DNA from: an uncultured Hormoscilla sp.
Lineage (GTDB): Bacteria; Cyanobacteriota; Cyanobacteriia; Cyanobacteriales; Desertifilaceae
DNA length: 64,000 nucleotides
NCBI GenBank assembly: GCA_963921275.4
Contig: OZ001293.3
Coordinates: forward strand, 4,480,001 to 4,544,000
Direction: 5' to 3'
Below the pieces are notes generated by a model. That model did not search any database, had not been told where the DNA came from, and saw only the letters and a list, made by a program, of their open reading frames with translations. Position numbers and translations under genes: made by a program. Shown here one piece after another: positions 11,719 through 23,377 of this stretch. Every line of letters begins with the position of its first letter. The first letter of the stretch is position 1.

Positions 11719-12589
11719 GGATGGGGTCGAGCCGGGAATCGCTTCCCGACCCTCCCTTTCGGAACCGGACTTGCGATTTTCACCGCATCCGGCTACTGGG
11801 TACTAGGCCCTTTTCATAGGTAGACTTAATAGGAATTACTTCCGTTAGCCCTTGCCGCCTGTCTTTTCTTCCCTTTCCTGGTTTAGCGAGTGGTTGTTCT
11901 GATAACCGTTAGTATCACCATTTTCAAGTCAGTTTTACCAGTTATCCATACCTTATCCTCCACTTGCGTTTCGGATTAGTTCCGTGGCTTTTTAGGATTA
12001 CTCATTCCAGCAGCTTCCTAGTATCACCGACCCACGTCAGCGCTGGCTACCCAGCATCATCTACATTACTGTAGATGTTATCCCAGGAATTACCCCGGGC
12101 ATTCGCTTCTTGGGCCATCCCTCCCCCCGTGGCTTGCGCTTAACATCTAACTTGTCCTGATGGACAGCACACGAGAGGTTACTTCGTTCCCTAACAACAT
12201 TTCGCGATACCTTTAGGTCCACACTATACCCCGGGAGCTATTTGAGTACTATATTAGCCAGAGTCTAAAACTAATACTAGCTACCATTTCCTTTTTAGGC
12301 CAGCGCATATAGCCTTATTTCGCTGGTTCCTTATAACGAGGCTTGCACATGTTTGCCTGCTCTAACCTTGGATATCTTTCCTAGCGGCGTCACCGGCTTA
12401 GGCTGCCAGTTATCCTACATTTGAGTCCTCGCTTAGCACCACGATGATGTCGCTTCGTAGCACCGAGGACCGGTGTCACCCCCGTACCTGGGGGGAGGGG
12501 AATTTAACCCCCATGCGGTCAGAGTTCCCGGCTAATGAAACCGGGCTAGCGTTCCGTGTTTGACCACGTTAGGCTAGAACGAATCGCAC
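11719..12589 (-). ncRNA. ORF-less group II intron I1 (IIB/chloroplast-like type), full length, 871 nt, intergenic and antisense to flanking genes
   Basis: The minus strand starts GTGCGATTCGTTC. D5 is AGCCGGATGCGGTGAAAATCGCAAGTCCGGTT and D6 has a bulged A (…GCTCGACCCCATCC). EBS1 AGACTC pairs perfectly with the 5' exon GAGTCT. No RT ORF. The 3' end is 11721 if the canonical AY is used. Confidence 0.93.
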
Positions 12590-12645
12590 AGACTCAAGAA
12601 ATTGGCATAGAATAAGGCTAGAAATTATCCAGCACCGAAAGATAA

Positions 12646-13368
12646 ATGAAGAAGGCAATTTACTGGTTAATGGGCGAAAAGGCTGGACGCACCATAGTCG
12701 GGACTTGGAACTGGCTGTGGGGTATCCCAGTGGAACAAGGCGGCAAGGTCGCTGTGGCAACCGCTGAAGAATCATTGCAGTCGATGCAGGAGTCGGTGCA
12801 AAAGCTGGCAAAGGCGGTGGCGACTCAGGTGGCAGCCTACGAACGGGCAAAGCAAAAGTATCAGGAGAAGGTAAAGGAATTACAGAATGCAGAAAATCAA
12901 GCGGCGATCGCCCAACGTTCTGGTAACTCAGAGGCGGCGCGGATGGCGATGGCGAAGGTGCTGCAAGTGGAGAAATTGCTGCCGCAGTTGGAATCTCAGG
13001 TGAAACAGGCGGAACAGTATGTCAATGCTTCTAAGGATAAGCTGAATCGCGAACGGATGAAGATCGAAGAGTATAAGGCCCAAATGCAAAATATGAAAGA
13101 CCTGGCGGAAATTAACGAAGCCCTGGGGGCGATCGCCAAGGTGAACAACGAGTTTGATATCGGTAGCGCCCGCTCGCAGTTTGAAACCGCCAAAAATGCT
13201 GTGGAACGCCGCAACCTGCAAGAAAGCGCTATTGCAGAATTGTCAGAGAACTCAGCGGAGAAGCTCCAGGCTGAGTTGGAACAAATGACCGCAGACGATG
13301 AAATAGCTCGTAGGCTCCAAATACTGGAAGGTTTCAGTCCTCGACAACTACCTGAAGGAGAAAACTAA
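12646..13368 (+). CDS. PspA/IM30-family coiled-coil protein
   Basis: Long coiled coil (ESVQKLAKAVATQVAAYERAKQKY…AARMAMAKVLQ); stop overlaps the start of the next gene. Confidence 0.8.
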   Translation: MKKAIYWLMGEKAGRTIVGTWNWLWGIPVEQGGKVAVATAEESLQSMQESVQKLAKAVATQVAAYERAKQKYQEKVKELQNAENQAAIAQRSGNSEAARMAMAKVLQVEKLLPQLESQVKQAEQYVNASKDKLNRERMKIEEYKAQMQNMKDLAEINEALGAIAKVNNEFDIGSARSQFETAKNAVERRNLQESAIAELSENSAEKLQAELEQMTADDEIARRLQILEGFSPRQLPEGEN

Positions 13369-14276
13369 TGGCAACCAGAAGTGGTCCTCCTCCAATTGTT
13401 TACATTCTGGCATTCCTCGTTCTAGCGGGGGTGGGTGGCTGGTTCTTTTTTGGCCGGAAACCAGCTACCAATACTGGCTCAAATACTCCAGTTGCTTCTC
13501 AAGCACCAGCCTCTAATACCTGGAGTAGTCAGTTTCCCCAACTAGCTGCCGTGCCAGGTGGCACGGTGGTGAGAGTTGATGGCTCCACCAGCATGGTGAA
13601 AATTAATTCATTTCTGAGAAATGGCTTTCAAGGGCAGTATCCGGGGACGACGGTGGCAGCTCAAGCCAATGGTTCCTCCGGAGGAATTCAGGCCCTTTTA
13701 GAGGGAAGGGTGGATATAGCCGCCATCTCTCGCCCCCTGAAGCCCCAAGAACAATCAGAAGGCTTGGTGGCAGTGCCAGTTACCAGTGACGCGATCGCCC
13801 TCGTGGTGGGAGTCGGGAATCCTTTGTCAGGCGGCTTAACCCAAGCTCAAGTCAGGGATATATTCCAAGGGCGAATTACCAATTGGTCAGTTGTCGGCGG
13901 CCCGAACAGACAAATTCGGGCGATCAATCGCCCATCCATTAGTGGTACCCATCATGCTTTTAAGCAACTGGTACTGAATGGGGGTAATTTCGGCACCACC
14001 GGGAATATCACCACAATGGATCGAGATGCTACAACTCCCATGCTGCGAGAGTTGCGCGATGATGGGATTGGCTATGCCACCTACGATCAAGTCAAAAACC
14101 AGCAAACAGTTCGTGCTGTTGCTGTTGATGGGGCAACTCCAGCCTTTTCTAGCTATCCCTATCAGCGGACTCTCTATTACGTTTACAAAAATCCACCTAG
14201 CGAGGCTGTTAAAGCTTTCTTAGGTTACGTCTTTTCGCCTCAAGGACAACAAGCTGTGGCAGCAGCTTCCTATTGA
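13368..14276 (+). CDS. PstS-like phosphate-binding protein (PBP_like_2) with N-terminal membrane anchor
   Basis: VRVDGSTSM, GSSGGIQALLEGRVDIAAISRPL, SGTH, IGYAT, YPYQRTLYY. Confidence 0.85.
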   Translation: MATRSGPPPIVYILAFLVLAGVGGWFFFGRKPATNTGSNTPVASQAPASNTWSSQFPQLAAVPGGTVVRVDGSTSMVKINSFLRNGFQGQYPGTTVAAQANGSSGGIQALLEGRVDIAAISRPLKPQEQSEGLVAVPVTSDAIALVVGVGNPLSGGLTQAQVRDIFQGRITNWSVVGGPNRQIRAINRPSISGTHHAFKQLVLNGGNFGTTGNITTMDRDATTPMLRELRDDGIGYATYDQVKNQQTVRAVAVDGATPAFSSYPYQRTLYYVYKNPPSEAVKAFLGYVFSPQGQQAVAAASY

Positions 14277-14501
14277 GGTGCGATCGCATAGCGTGTCCAG
14301 ACTTGTCCATTGGATCAGATCGGATCCCATCGCTCCGCCTCCTATGTTTTTAATCTTGAAATTTGCTGATTTTTGCTAGTGCTGGTTTCACTCAAACCAG
14401 CACGGAAAATTCAGCAACTCCTTATGCTGCAAAGATACTTAATACTTCAGACTTGATTTCGACTACAGACTTTTCACCAGTTGATAAGAAGAGGTCCGAA
14501 A

Positions 14502-14956
14502 ATGTCTACCAGAAAAAGCGGTCCGCCTCCGATCGTCTTTATCCTGTTATTTATAATTCTGGCTGGTGCTGGCTATTACTGGTTTTCTATCAGGAAACCA
14601 GAACAACTGGTGAATACAGCTACTCCAGTTACACCAACAACACCTCCCATCTCCCCACCAACTGCAGATCCCGTTCCACATTCAATATCACCACGATGGA
14701 CCGCGATGCTACCACTCCCATGCTACGAGAGTTGGGCGATGATGGGATTGGTTATGCTACCTACGATCAAGTCAAAAACCAGTCAACAGTCAGGGCTATT
14801 GCCGTTGACGGGACAACCCCCAATATGGGAAATTATCTCTATCAACGCACTCTCTATTATGTTTACAAAAATCCACCTAACCAGGCTGTTGAAGATTTCT
14901 TAGGTTACGTCTTTTCCTCTCCAGGACGACAAGCTGTCGCCGCTGCTGACTTTTGA
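14502..14956 (+). pseudogene. Second PstS-like paralog with a large internal deletion and frameshift
   Basis: N-terminus MSTRKSGPPPIVFIL and C-terminus NITTMDRDATTPMLRE…QAVAAADF match the upstream gene but lie in different frames; the middle domain is missing. Confidence 0.85.
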
Positions 14957-15044
14957 GGTGCGATCGTCATATTCACTCTTTTACCCAGAAACCCGGTATA
15001 AGCAAAAAACCGGGTTTCTTAATGAGCGTCAATTCCCAATTTGA

Positions 15045-16905
15045 TTAAATTTTATATTTGACCACTTTCGCTGGCACAAGTTCGGAAGGATTACTGGGAG
15101 ATTTTATCTTTTGCGATGCTATCTTGAACCCAGTCATTGATATTTTTTCCAACTCTTCCCTGCTTGCCATCGGAATTTTCCGATACTTACTCTCGGGAAT
15201 TATGGCAATAAGTTGAAAGTTTGCTGATGCGTCATAACCTAGGTCAATGTAGTTATAAACATTCAGCGGATTTTCTATCCCCCACATCCCCCTGATTCTC
15301 AAGTATGTTATCCCCATTGGGTCTACTTTATTGACTCTTCCTAGTTCCTTCGTTTCTGAAAACTCTACATCGGGTATTTCTGTAATCTCATTGGCGATCG
15401 TCCTCTTCAGCCTTTGATAAGTCTCCTTTTCGGCCACATAACAATTCCCATAAATCAACCACAGCAATTTTAATTGCTTCTTTTCCACACAGCCTATTGT
15501 ATAGATTATATCTTTTTCTGTCCAATCTTCACCACAAGACTTCGTTATCGTGGGATTATCTGGCAATAGCTTTGATTTTGGATAAGAACTATTTAACTCA
15601 AGTTGCGACCTATAAAAATTGGATACAAAAAGCTATGATAAAGAGAATTATTTTCAACTCTAATCCCTTAGATGTAACAGCATGAATTGACTTGGGAAAC
15701 AAATTGGTGATTCAACTAAAACAGGTTTCAACTTGTTTTCTTGTTACTTTTTATATATATTCAAAACAAGAATATTCTTTTCTTTTTGAGTTCTTTTTTC
15801 GCAAAGGTTTTAACATTATACTTGACGACTCTTTTAGTAAATCCTCTAATTGATAATCATTATAAGCTTTATCTCCATAAACTATTGAATTTGATGGTAA
15901 GTCAAAGCCAAAAGATTGCAAAACTTTAACATCATTATAACTACCAGGATCTAGATAAAATTCTATTGGCTTTCTATTTTTGTTTACCAACATATGAACT
16001 CTTAATCCATAAAAATAACGTTTTTTACTGGCAATATACCCTCGATATTTTTCCTTGTTATAAATTTGGCATCTATCAATCCTAATATTATCACATACTG
16101 GCACCGGGAAACTATCAAGAATATATTCTTGGCCCGGATTGAGCTCTTTAAATGTTTGAGCTATAACTTGGAAGAAAAACATCCAAATTGGTTCGTCAAT
16201 ATTGTGTAATCGACGATTGAACCTACTTTTACTTAACAGATTTTTTATATACTTGTGTTGGACCATAAATTGACAAGAGCGATCGTGGTGTCCTCCGAAA
16301 AAATATGCAGCAACTAATCCGACTGTCATCACTTCGGCATTGTTCATTTTTACTTGTGGATCTTCTTTTATATTTAACGCTTTTAGTAGCTCGTCACAAA
16401 GAACAAAAATTGTTGTAATCATATCTTCCATCATCTACATCCCCCAGCAATTAACTATTATTTTAGTACATTATAACCTATAAACAGCCAACCCGCCGTC
16501 TAGCACAAAAAAAATATAATTTTGTATCAAAAGCTACGAAATATCCCAAATATCTGTAAAGTCTAAGTGGGTAATTCATATTTTTTTTAATAGGTCGCAA
16601 CTTAGGTTATTTAAGGCAATTTTCGTTCTGAGTGACTCAATTTTCTTAATCTCTACTGCATCTCCCTTTTTCAAGATTATATCTGGCGGGTTATTATGAT
16701 TGCCTTGATAGTCAAACACCTCACTATATGCTTCTACCCGCTTTTGCTCATTTTCCTCATTGATGGTATCGGCAAAAGCATCCTTTATAAATACCCCTAA
16801 AGCGCTGCCCACACCGTTGATGCTGCTTTTGCCTTTGTAGTGACCTAGTAAGTCTGTGACTGGATTGTTAACTATTGTCTTGATCGCTTGTAGTATGTTT
16901 GTCAT
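15045..16905 (-). pseudogene. NgoPII-family type II restriction endonuclease interrupted by IS982
   Basis: Removing the IS and one TSD rejoins NPPDIILKKGDAVEIKKIES…IALN|SSYPKSKL; C-terminal ELGRVNKVDPMGITYLRIRGMWGIENP. Confidence 0.85.
15596..16607 (-). mobile_element. IS982-family element, copy 1 (transposase truncated by a nonsense codon at 15751)
   Basis: TIRs ACTCAAGTTGCGACCTAT / ATAGGTCGCAACTTAGGT; TSD TATTTA; near-identical to the intact copy at 40587. Confidence 0.92.
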
Positions 16906-17174
16906 AACCAGTTGCGTTCGATCACGAACCTCCTGAGAATTTCATTTTAGCGGTTAGCATTCCCTAATACTTCCGGGACTACATCCCATCCGATCGCCCA
17001 TGACGGTGCTAGGCAAGGTTTTGCGCCTAGTTCCCCTGCCCAGTTGCCCAAAGCAACTGGGCACTGATAGAATCGAAGCCTTACGCTTGAGTTCTACAGC
17101 CCGATGCTTGCGGTCTGACAATCTCGCAGACAAGATGCCTGTAAACTGTCAGTAACACTAATACCTTTACCAGT

Positions 17175-17813
17175 ATGCCTAAAAACCGCGAGGCTGTTAA
17201 GAGCTTAATTCTCTATCACCTGTTAAAGTGGTCTGTGGTCAGCCCCATGCTGCATAGCTACTTTCAGGGACGCATCTACGGTGCCCAAAATGTCCCCCTG
17301 TCAGGACCGTTGGTGGTAGTCAGCAATCATGGCAGCTACTTTGACCCGCCTATTCTCTCTAATTGCGTCAGCCGACCGGTAGCTTTCATGGCCAAGGAAG
17401 AACTGTTTCGCATCCCTGTCTTGAAGCAAGGGATTCAACTGTACGGCGCTTACCCGGTCGATCGGGCCTCGGCGGACCGGAGTGCTATTCGTTCGGCCTT
17501 GTCCTTTCTTGAGAATGGCTGGGCCACTGGCATCTTTCTGTCCGGCACCCGCACCGCGTCTGGGCGCATTACATCACCCAAGCTAGGGGCGGCCTTAATT
17601 GCAGCTAAGGCTCAGGCCCCACTACTGCCGGTCTGTTTGTGGGGAACTCACAGGATTTTGTTAAAGGGTTCCTCTGTGCCCCGACCTGTGCCAGTGACGG
17701 TGCGGATCGGTCAGCCGATCGCTCCCCCTCCTGGAAAGGACCGGTCCGAATTAGAAGCTGTAACTGCAAAATGCGTGGCTGCTATTCATGCCCTGCACGA
17801 CTTGGGGCGTTAG
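17175..17813 (+). CDS. plsC: 1-acyl-sn-glycerol-3-phosphate acyltransferase
   Basis: NHGSYFD (HX4D), FMAKEELF, GTRT motifs. Confidence 0.9.
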   Translation: MPKNREAVKSLILYHLLKWSVVSPMLHSYFQGRIYGAQNVPLSGPLVVVSNHGSYFDPPILSNCVSRPVAFMAKEELFRIPVLKQGIQLYGAYPVDRASADRSAIRSALSFLENGWATGIFLSGTRTASGRITSPKLGAALIAAKAQAPLLPVCLWGTHRILLKGSSVPRPVPVTVRIGQPIAPPPGKDRSELEAVTAKCVAAIHALHDLGR

Positions 17814-17845
17814 AATGAGCGGAATTGAACTGTCCAGAAGATGTG

Positions 17846-19032
17846 ATGCCAGATTTAAGAGCGAAATTAGCCGAAAATTTAGGGCGTGTCATCAGTTAAG
17901 CCAAACAACAGTAGCAGCTAGGTAGATAGCACCCAAGAAATTCTGAGCCCTCTTATCGTAACGGGTGGCAATGGCTCGATATTGCTTGAGTTTGGCAAAA
18001 AAATTCTCAATCAAATGACGTGCTTTGTATAGATATTTGTCATAACGGCGTTGTTCTTTTCGATTGGATTTAGGCGGAATCACAGGTTCGCATTGCTGGG
18101 CTTCAAGACGTTTCAAAACCCGTTCGTCAACATCAGAAGCTTTGTCTGCGAGTAACGCATCAGCCTTAATATTATCAAGTAACACATCAGCCCCTTCCAA
18201 ATCGTGAGCTTGACCGGCTGTTAAATGAAAACCCGTTGGGTTCCCCAATGCGTCACAGGTCGCGTGAATTTTGGTACTCAAACCCCCTTTACGGCGTCCG
18301 ATGGCTTGGTCGCAATCTTTTTTTTTTGAGCACCTGCACTATGTTGATGAGCCCTTTATATCGTGGCATCAATCATCGCATATTCGTTATCGGCATCGGA
18401 CGCAAGTACCTTGAATACTCTTTCCCATACCCCGGATTTTGACCACCTACTATGGCGCGTATGAATTACCCTCAAGTCCCCAAATCGCTCGGGTAAGTCC
18501 CGCCAAGGTATCCCAGCTCTATATCGATACAAGACAGCATAGACAAATAAGCGGTTATCCTTAGCTGTCCCCCCCACATAACCCTCCCGACCTGGCAATA
18601 GGTCCCTGATTCTCTCCCACTGGTCATCTTTTAAAGCATAGCGACGCATTTCTCAAATTCTCCTGCTCTAACCTTTACCCTCTTAGATCACACCAATATA
18701 TCCTGGTTGTCAACTCAATCATCTGGTTATATATTTTTGGTGGGGACCCATATCGTTAATCTAACTGATGACACGCCCTAGATGAGGCGGAGTGGGAATG
18801 GCTCAAACCTCACGTGACCCGGGATGTAGTGGTAGTTGTCGTTCCACCGTTAGATTTGCTGGAGGTGGGAGAGGCCATAGCAGGCGATCTGGTATCATCA
18901 GTGCAACATTGGATTAGCGAAGAGTTGCTTGCCAAACCCACAGCCGCCCAGATAGCTGATTGGAGCGGACTGAAGCGGTTTCGGGCCTTGATCGTCGAGC
19001 CTTACGTTCTCGTGCAAGAATTGTCCTTATAG
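17846..19032 (+). pseudogene. DUF2288-like small protein interrupted by IS5
   Basis: Rejoining at the TA target gives MPDLRAKLAENL|DEAEWEWLKPHVTRDVVVVV…FRALIVEPYVLVQE. Confidence 0.75.
17882..18778 (-). mobile_element. IS5-family (IS427-like, two-ORF) element
   Basis: TIRs GGGCGTGTCATCAG / CTGATGACACGCCC; TA duplication; orfA MRRYALKDDQWERI (premature TAA at 18356), poly-A slip run, orfB …RAIATRYDK. Confidence 0.92.
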
Positions 19033-19034
19033 TT

Positions 19035-19736
19035 TTATTCTACGGATTGCAGATGAAAATCGGTATAGCGCCGCAAACGGGCCCCCGAGTGACCAGTAGC
19101 GAGCCAAAGCATGGCTCTGACACCATCTCGCACGGCCTTTTCGATCGGTTCGGGTTCCTGCCCGGAAGGAACTGGCACTGGCTTAAACTCGATTGACTGG
19201 CTGCCCAAGACAATCGTACCAATTACCCTGGCCCGGCGCATGTGGTAGTCCGATGTAATCAGATAGATTTTGTCAATTCCTTGCGCTTTCAGGTCATCAA
19301 CCACTGAGGTGAAGTTGGTGACCGTGTCAGTGGCCCGATAATCTAGATGCAGCCTCTCTAGGTCAACTCCCGCCTCAGAAAACAACCATTGAGCATATTC
19401 CCGGTTGCTGCCTCCAGAGATCCATATTTGCACGTTGGGGCGATCGCGCGCAAATTCGGCTGCAAACCGCTCTCGCTCTAATGCGCCACCTAGCACTAAC
19501 ATTGCCTGGGGTGGCCTGAGCAGACTTTTGATTTGCTGGTAGCCAAACCACAGCAATGCTAGCAGCACTAGAAGCCGCCAACCACAAAACATGCTTTCGG
19601 AGCGTTTTTTGGAGTGTTTTTTTCTCTGATGTTGCTTGTAACTACGTTTGTCTGGGCAGATGGGAAACACCATGATCGCAAAAGAATTTTGTTGTCCTGC
19701 TCTGATAAGACGCCATATCTGTCCAGTTGTATCCAT
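19035..19736 (-). CDS. YdcF/DUF218-family protein (start probably near 19592)
   Basis: LVLGG, WISGGS, ATDTVTNF, LITSDYHMRRA. Confidence 0.85.
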   Translation of the reverse strand: MDTTGQIWRLIRAGQQNSFAIMVFPICPDKRSYKQHQRKKHSKKRSESMFCGWRLLVLLALLWFGYQQIKSLLRPPQAMLVLGGALERERFAAEFARDRPNVQIWISGGSNREYAQWLFSEAGVDLERLHLDYRATDTVTNFTSVVDDLKAQGIDKIYLITSDYHMRRARVIGTIVLGSQSIEFKPVPVPSGQEPEPIEKAVRDGVRAMLWLATGHSGARLRRYTDFHLQSVE

Positions 19737-19840
19737 CTTGCCTGTTTTGGGGGAGCCAAACCGGCGCTCACCCTTATTGCTCGCAGCTTGCGATCGCCTT
19801 GCAGCTTGCGATAACCTTTGACGGACGATCGCTTAAGTAA

Positions 19841-19914
19841 CGGGGCTGATGGGATTTGAACCCATGACCTAGCGCTTAGGAGGCGCTCGCTCTCTCCAAC
19901 TGAGCCACAGCCCC
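19841..19914 (-). tRNA. tRNA-Arg (CCT)
   Basis: GGGGCTGTGGCTCAGTTGGAGAGAGCGAGCGC-CTCCTAA-GCGCTAGGTCATGGGTTCAAATCCCATCAGCCCCG forms a cloverleaf. Confidence 0.95.
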
Positions 19915-20016
19915 ACATACTCAAGTCTAGCAAGATTTCTCCGATCAGACAAGTTCTTGTCAAATACAATTACTCAGACAACCAAGCTTCGTCCCAAGGA
20001 CCGCCGCCTACTTCTA

Positions 20017-20103
20017 GTTAGGGGTCGAGCTGGGAATCGCTTCGGAACCCTCCCATTCGGAACCTGAAGAGCGACTTTCACCGCACACGGCTACTGGGTA
20101 GTT
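20017..20103 (-). ncRNA. Group II intron 3' remnant I2 (end of D4, D5, D6 only)
   Basis: AGCCGTGTGCGGTGAAAGTCGC…GGTTCC D5 and D6 ending GCTCGACCCCTAAC. Confidence 0.88.
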
Positions 20104-20617
20104 GGTCTTCGCCATTGGCGATCGCGTGAGGGTCGAGGTTGTTGGTGAAATAGATGTGACCCAGCTCCTGACCATTGTAGGTTCTTTTGCTAAAGCGCCA
20201 ACCTGGATTGAGTTCAATTTTGACGAAATCTTTTTTGACGCCGTTGGTGCGACCAATTTCCAGTTCTGGGGCATTGCGGTCATCGGGAACTCCCAGGAGA
20301 ACCAGATCCCCATTCCGTTCCTGGACGCGGAGACTGTATTTCAAGGCCATGTCAAGACCCGCCGTCCGGATGGAGAAGCCATTACTGTCCACATCGCGTC
20401 CGCAAATCCCAGTGAAGTCAAAATTTAGCAGTAATGGGTCTACAAGGGTTGTCCCGTCAGCTTGTGGCTTTTCACTCCAGCAAGCACGTTGGTTAGATTT
20501 TTTTTCCAGCACGAACAGTTGATAACCAACAATACCGCGAGGTGCAGCAATTGCGATAAAGTTGTCTTGGTCAACTTCCCGTTGGGCAAAAGTTGAAGCC
20601 ACAGATGGGGCGATTAC

Positions 20618-20840
20618 CTGAGGGGGCGACATGAGCACTCAAACGCTTACTAGATAAGGCTTTGAGGCTAATTTGCTCCTACTTGATACAGTCGCCAATT
20701 GACCATTCTTTCATTTTTATGAAGCTCAAACCCTTATAAATACGTCGTCTGTCGGCCCAAAACAGCATGGATATTGTTGGAGATTATGGGCTGGAATCCT
20801 TACGCTCGTAAGGATTTCAGCAGGCATGTCGCCCCCTCAG
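20618..20840. mobile_element. 223-bp MITE, copy 1
   Basis: Perfect 16-bp TIR CTGAGGGGGCGACATG; 9-bp TSD GGCGATTAC (20609-20617 / 20841-20849); no ORF. Confidence 0.93.
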
Positions 20841-21062
20841 GGCGATTACACTAACTGCCGATAGGGTAGCAGCGGTCAGAGCAGCAAAGGGTTTTAGAGA
20901 GGTTTTCATGGTAGATGTTTTCATGGCTTTAAAGTTGGGTTCTTCTCAATCTAGTATGCTAAAATAGGTCTTGAAGTTGATGCGCCCGCTCAACGGGAGA
21001 TCCTGAAAACCGGAAAACCTTTCCCAGCTTGACATTCAGCAACTAGTTGTGGTACAATTTAG

Positions 21063-22050
21063 ATGCGCGAAAAAACAGGGAGAATTTATAAGATGCCACG
21101 CTCGAATCTAAAAATACTAACAACATTGTTAAACATTCCAGAGGTGAAAGTTGTCGGGTATACTGAGACTCATTTAACAGAAGTGATGATGACAATTGAG
21201 GCAGAAAAAAAGAAGCAATTTGCCCTAGATGTCATCAAAAAAGTCTTGCATCAGAACCATAATTATTTAATTAAGGATTTGCCTTGGGGAGAAAAAAAAG
21301 TTTTTCTCAAAATCAATCGCCGTGCGCTCGCTGTTTGAAACCGTGAGAAATTGTCATATGTAGAAGGTCGGCGTAAATATACGAAGAGACTGGGAGAACA
21401 AATGGTTCGAGAAGTATTAAATGGGGATATTATTAATGTAGCGCTTCGGTATGACTTAAAAGAATCTGAGGTTCAACAAATGCTATCTGGACAGGTTAAA
21501 ATTAAACCGAACTAAAAAAGCTAGGGATCGATGAAATTGCATTGGTAAAAGGACAAGGTAATTATTTAGCTGTTTTAGCCGTGTCTCCTGGGAGCGCTAT
21601 TCGCACTACCCAGGAGACGTGGATGTTGAGAATAGCAAACTTCTGGAAATAGTGAAGTATCGGCGACAAGAATATCTGCGAGAAGTCTTGCTATCATGGG
21701 GTCCCGAGGTGTTGAATGGTATTGAAGAAGTGAGTATAGATATGTGGAAACCGTATCAAAGTTTAGTGGAAGAATTGATGCCTAATGCTGAAGTTATAGC
21801 TAACCGTGTGACTAAGCAAGTAAATGAAGAGCTAGATAATTGTCGAAAACAAATCAAGAATGAAGCTAAAAAACTTAAGAGAAAGTCAGAAAAAGAAGAG
21901 ATATCATTGGTATTAAATAAAAGTAAAGCTCATAAAAAATTAAGAAAACCTTAAAGAAGAACAAGAGATTAAGCTGAAAGAAATTCAAGAAAAAATTCCC
22001 AAATTGGGAAAAATGCACAATCTAAAGGAGCAGCTACATATATGAGAAGT
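21063..22050 (+). pseudogene. Degraded ISL3-family transposase
   Basis: Fragments IKDLPWGEKKVFLKINRR, LGIDEIALVKGQGNY, IEEVSIDMWKPY in several frames. Confidence 0.8.
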
Positions 22051-22372
22051 CCGAAAAGGTCGTTACCCAATGATTGTTCCACTGATGCTACTTCGACTCG
22101 TATCCCTCTCCTCCTCAGCTTTTCTGCTAGATAGGCAAAATCGGAATCTCCCGTGACTAATACGACTATGTTCGGTTGCACGTCTAATGCCATCTCTATC
22201 GCGTCCATTGCCATGACTATGTCTATGTTGGCTTCATAGCTGTCTCCTTTGGCCTTGCCTTCCTTTGTGACTACTAAAAATCCGTTGCTTTTGGCCCAGT
22301 AGATGAATTTTTCTTTCATCTTCCGCTGCTCTTCAAATCGTTCTCGCGCTGGCGATAATCCTACATAGATTA
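22050..22372 (-). pseudogene. NYN/LabA-DUF88 domain fragment truncated on both sides by IS elements
   Basis: ANIDIVMAMDA, VLVTGDSDFAYLAEKLRRRGIRVEVA. Confidence 0.75.
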
Positions 22373-22966
22373 CCAATCTCACCGATTTTATCCAATAGCA
22401 CGTCAGCGCCTTGTAAGTCGTGGGCTTGGCCAGGGGTAAGATGAAATCCTGTGGGATTGCCTTGGGCAATCGCAAGTGGCATGAATCTTTGTCGATAGTC
22501 CCCCTTTACTACGGCCTATGGCTTGGGTTTCGCACGTATCTGAGGGTGTTTTTTTTGCACCCGCACGCTCGTTGATGGGCACGCAGGATGGTGGCATCAA
22601 TCGCGGCGTATTCGTTATCGGCGTCTGAGGCCAAGACATCGAATACCTGCTTCCAAACTCCCTTTTCAGACCAACGGGTATGGCGGGTATGAACAACCCG
22701 AAAATCCCCAAAACACTCCGGTAAATCCCGCCAGGGAATGCCAGCACGATATCGATATAACACGGCAGAACACGAATAATCTATTGTTCTTGGCTGTAGC
22801 GCCTGGGTCACCCTCTTTACCAGGTAAAAGGTGTTCGATCCGTTCCCACTGGTCGTCTCGCAAGCCATAGCGTCTCATATCATGCCCTCTTGATTGTTAT
22901 TGCTGGATAAGGACTCCATACCGTATCCATCTATTTCTGTCAAGCAATTTGATTGATGACACACCC
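22373..22966 (-). mobile_element. Partial IS5-family element (left end plus orfA and start of orfB)
   Basis: Near-identical to 33121-33717, including the same orfA frameshift; one TIR GGGTGTGTCATCAA. Confidence 0.88.
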
Positions 22967-23377
22967 TAAGTAATCGCGGATTTTGTGCCAATCTATTTTG
23001 CGATTGAAACTTTGCGCGCTCAAGAATGTATTGTCGCTATCCGCCAGAATTAGCACCTTTCGAGAAGTTGCCATCGTTTATTCGCCTGTTACCTTTGCTT
23101 TTGCTACTTACGATTAAAACTCATGTGGGGAAAGAGGGTTTTCTCTTCTACACTGGTGCTCGTCTCTCGATGTGCCGGTTGCTTCTGACTGTCTCGCCGA
23201 TCTCCTTACAGGCGGGCGTTCCGTTTCCTGCGGAGACCCAACCTACTGATGGTTTCTCTTCTGCCGGTAGTTTTTTTATTTGCCACCGGTTGCACGGGGG
23301 GCGATCGCCTCCGACGCTCTAGGGTTTCCAGGAGACTGTTTTCTGGGAGTGATCGGTGCTTATTGAAGGCTTTGACG

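Larger units (their letters stand above)
19970..20924 (-). pseudogene. DUF3747-family secreted protein, hit by a MITE (in the signal peptide region) and an intron remnant (near the C-terminus)
   Basis: Removing both inserts gives MKTSTMKTSLKPFAALTAATLSAVSVIAPSVASTFAQREV…VDPLLLNFDFTGICGR…ANGEDLEVGGGPWDEAWLSE*. Confidence 0.8.

Noticed and set aside
19841..19914. tRNA-Arg as integration site of an island
   Set aside because: No integrase and no duplicated tRNA 3' end were seen in the window.
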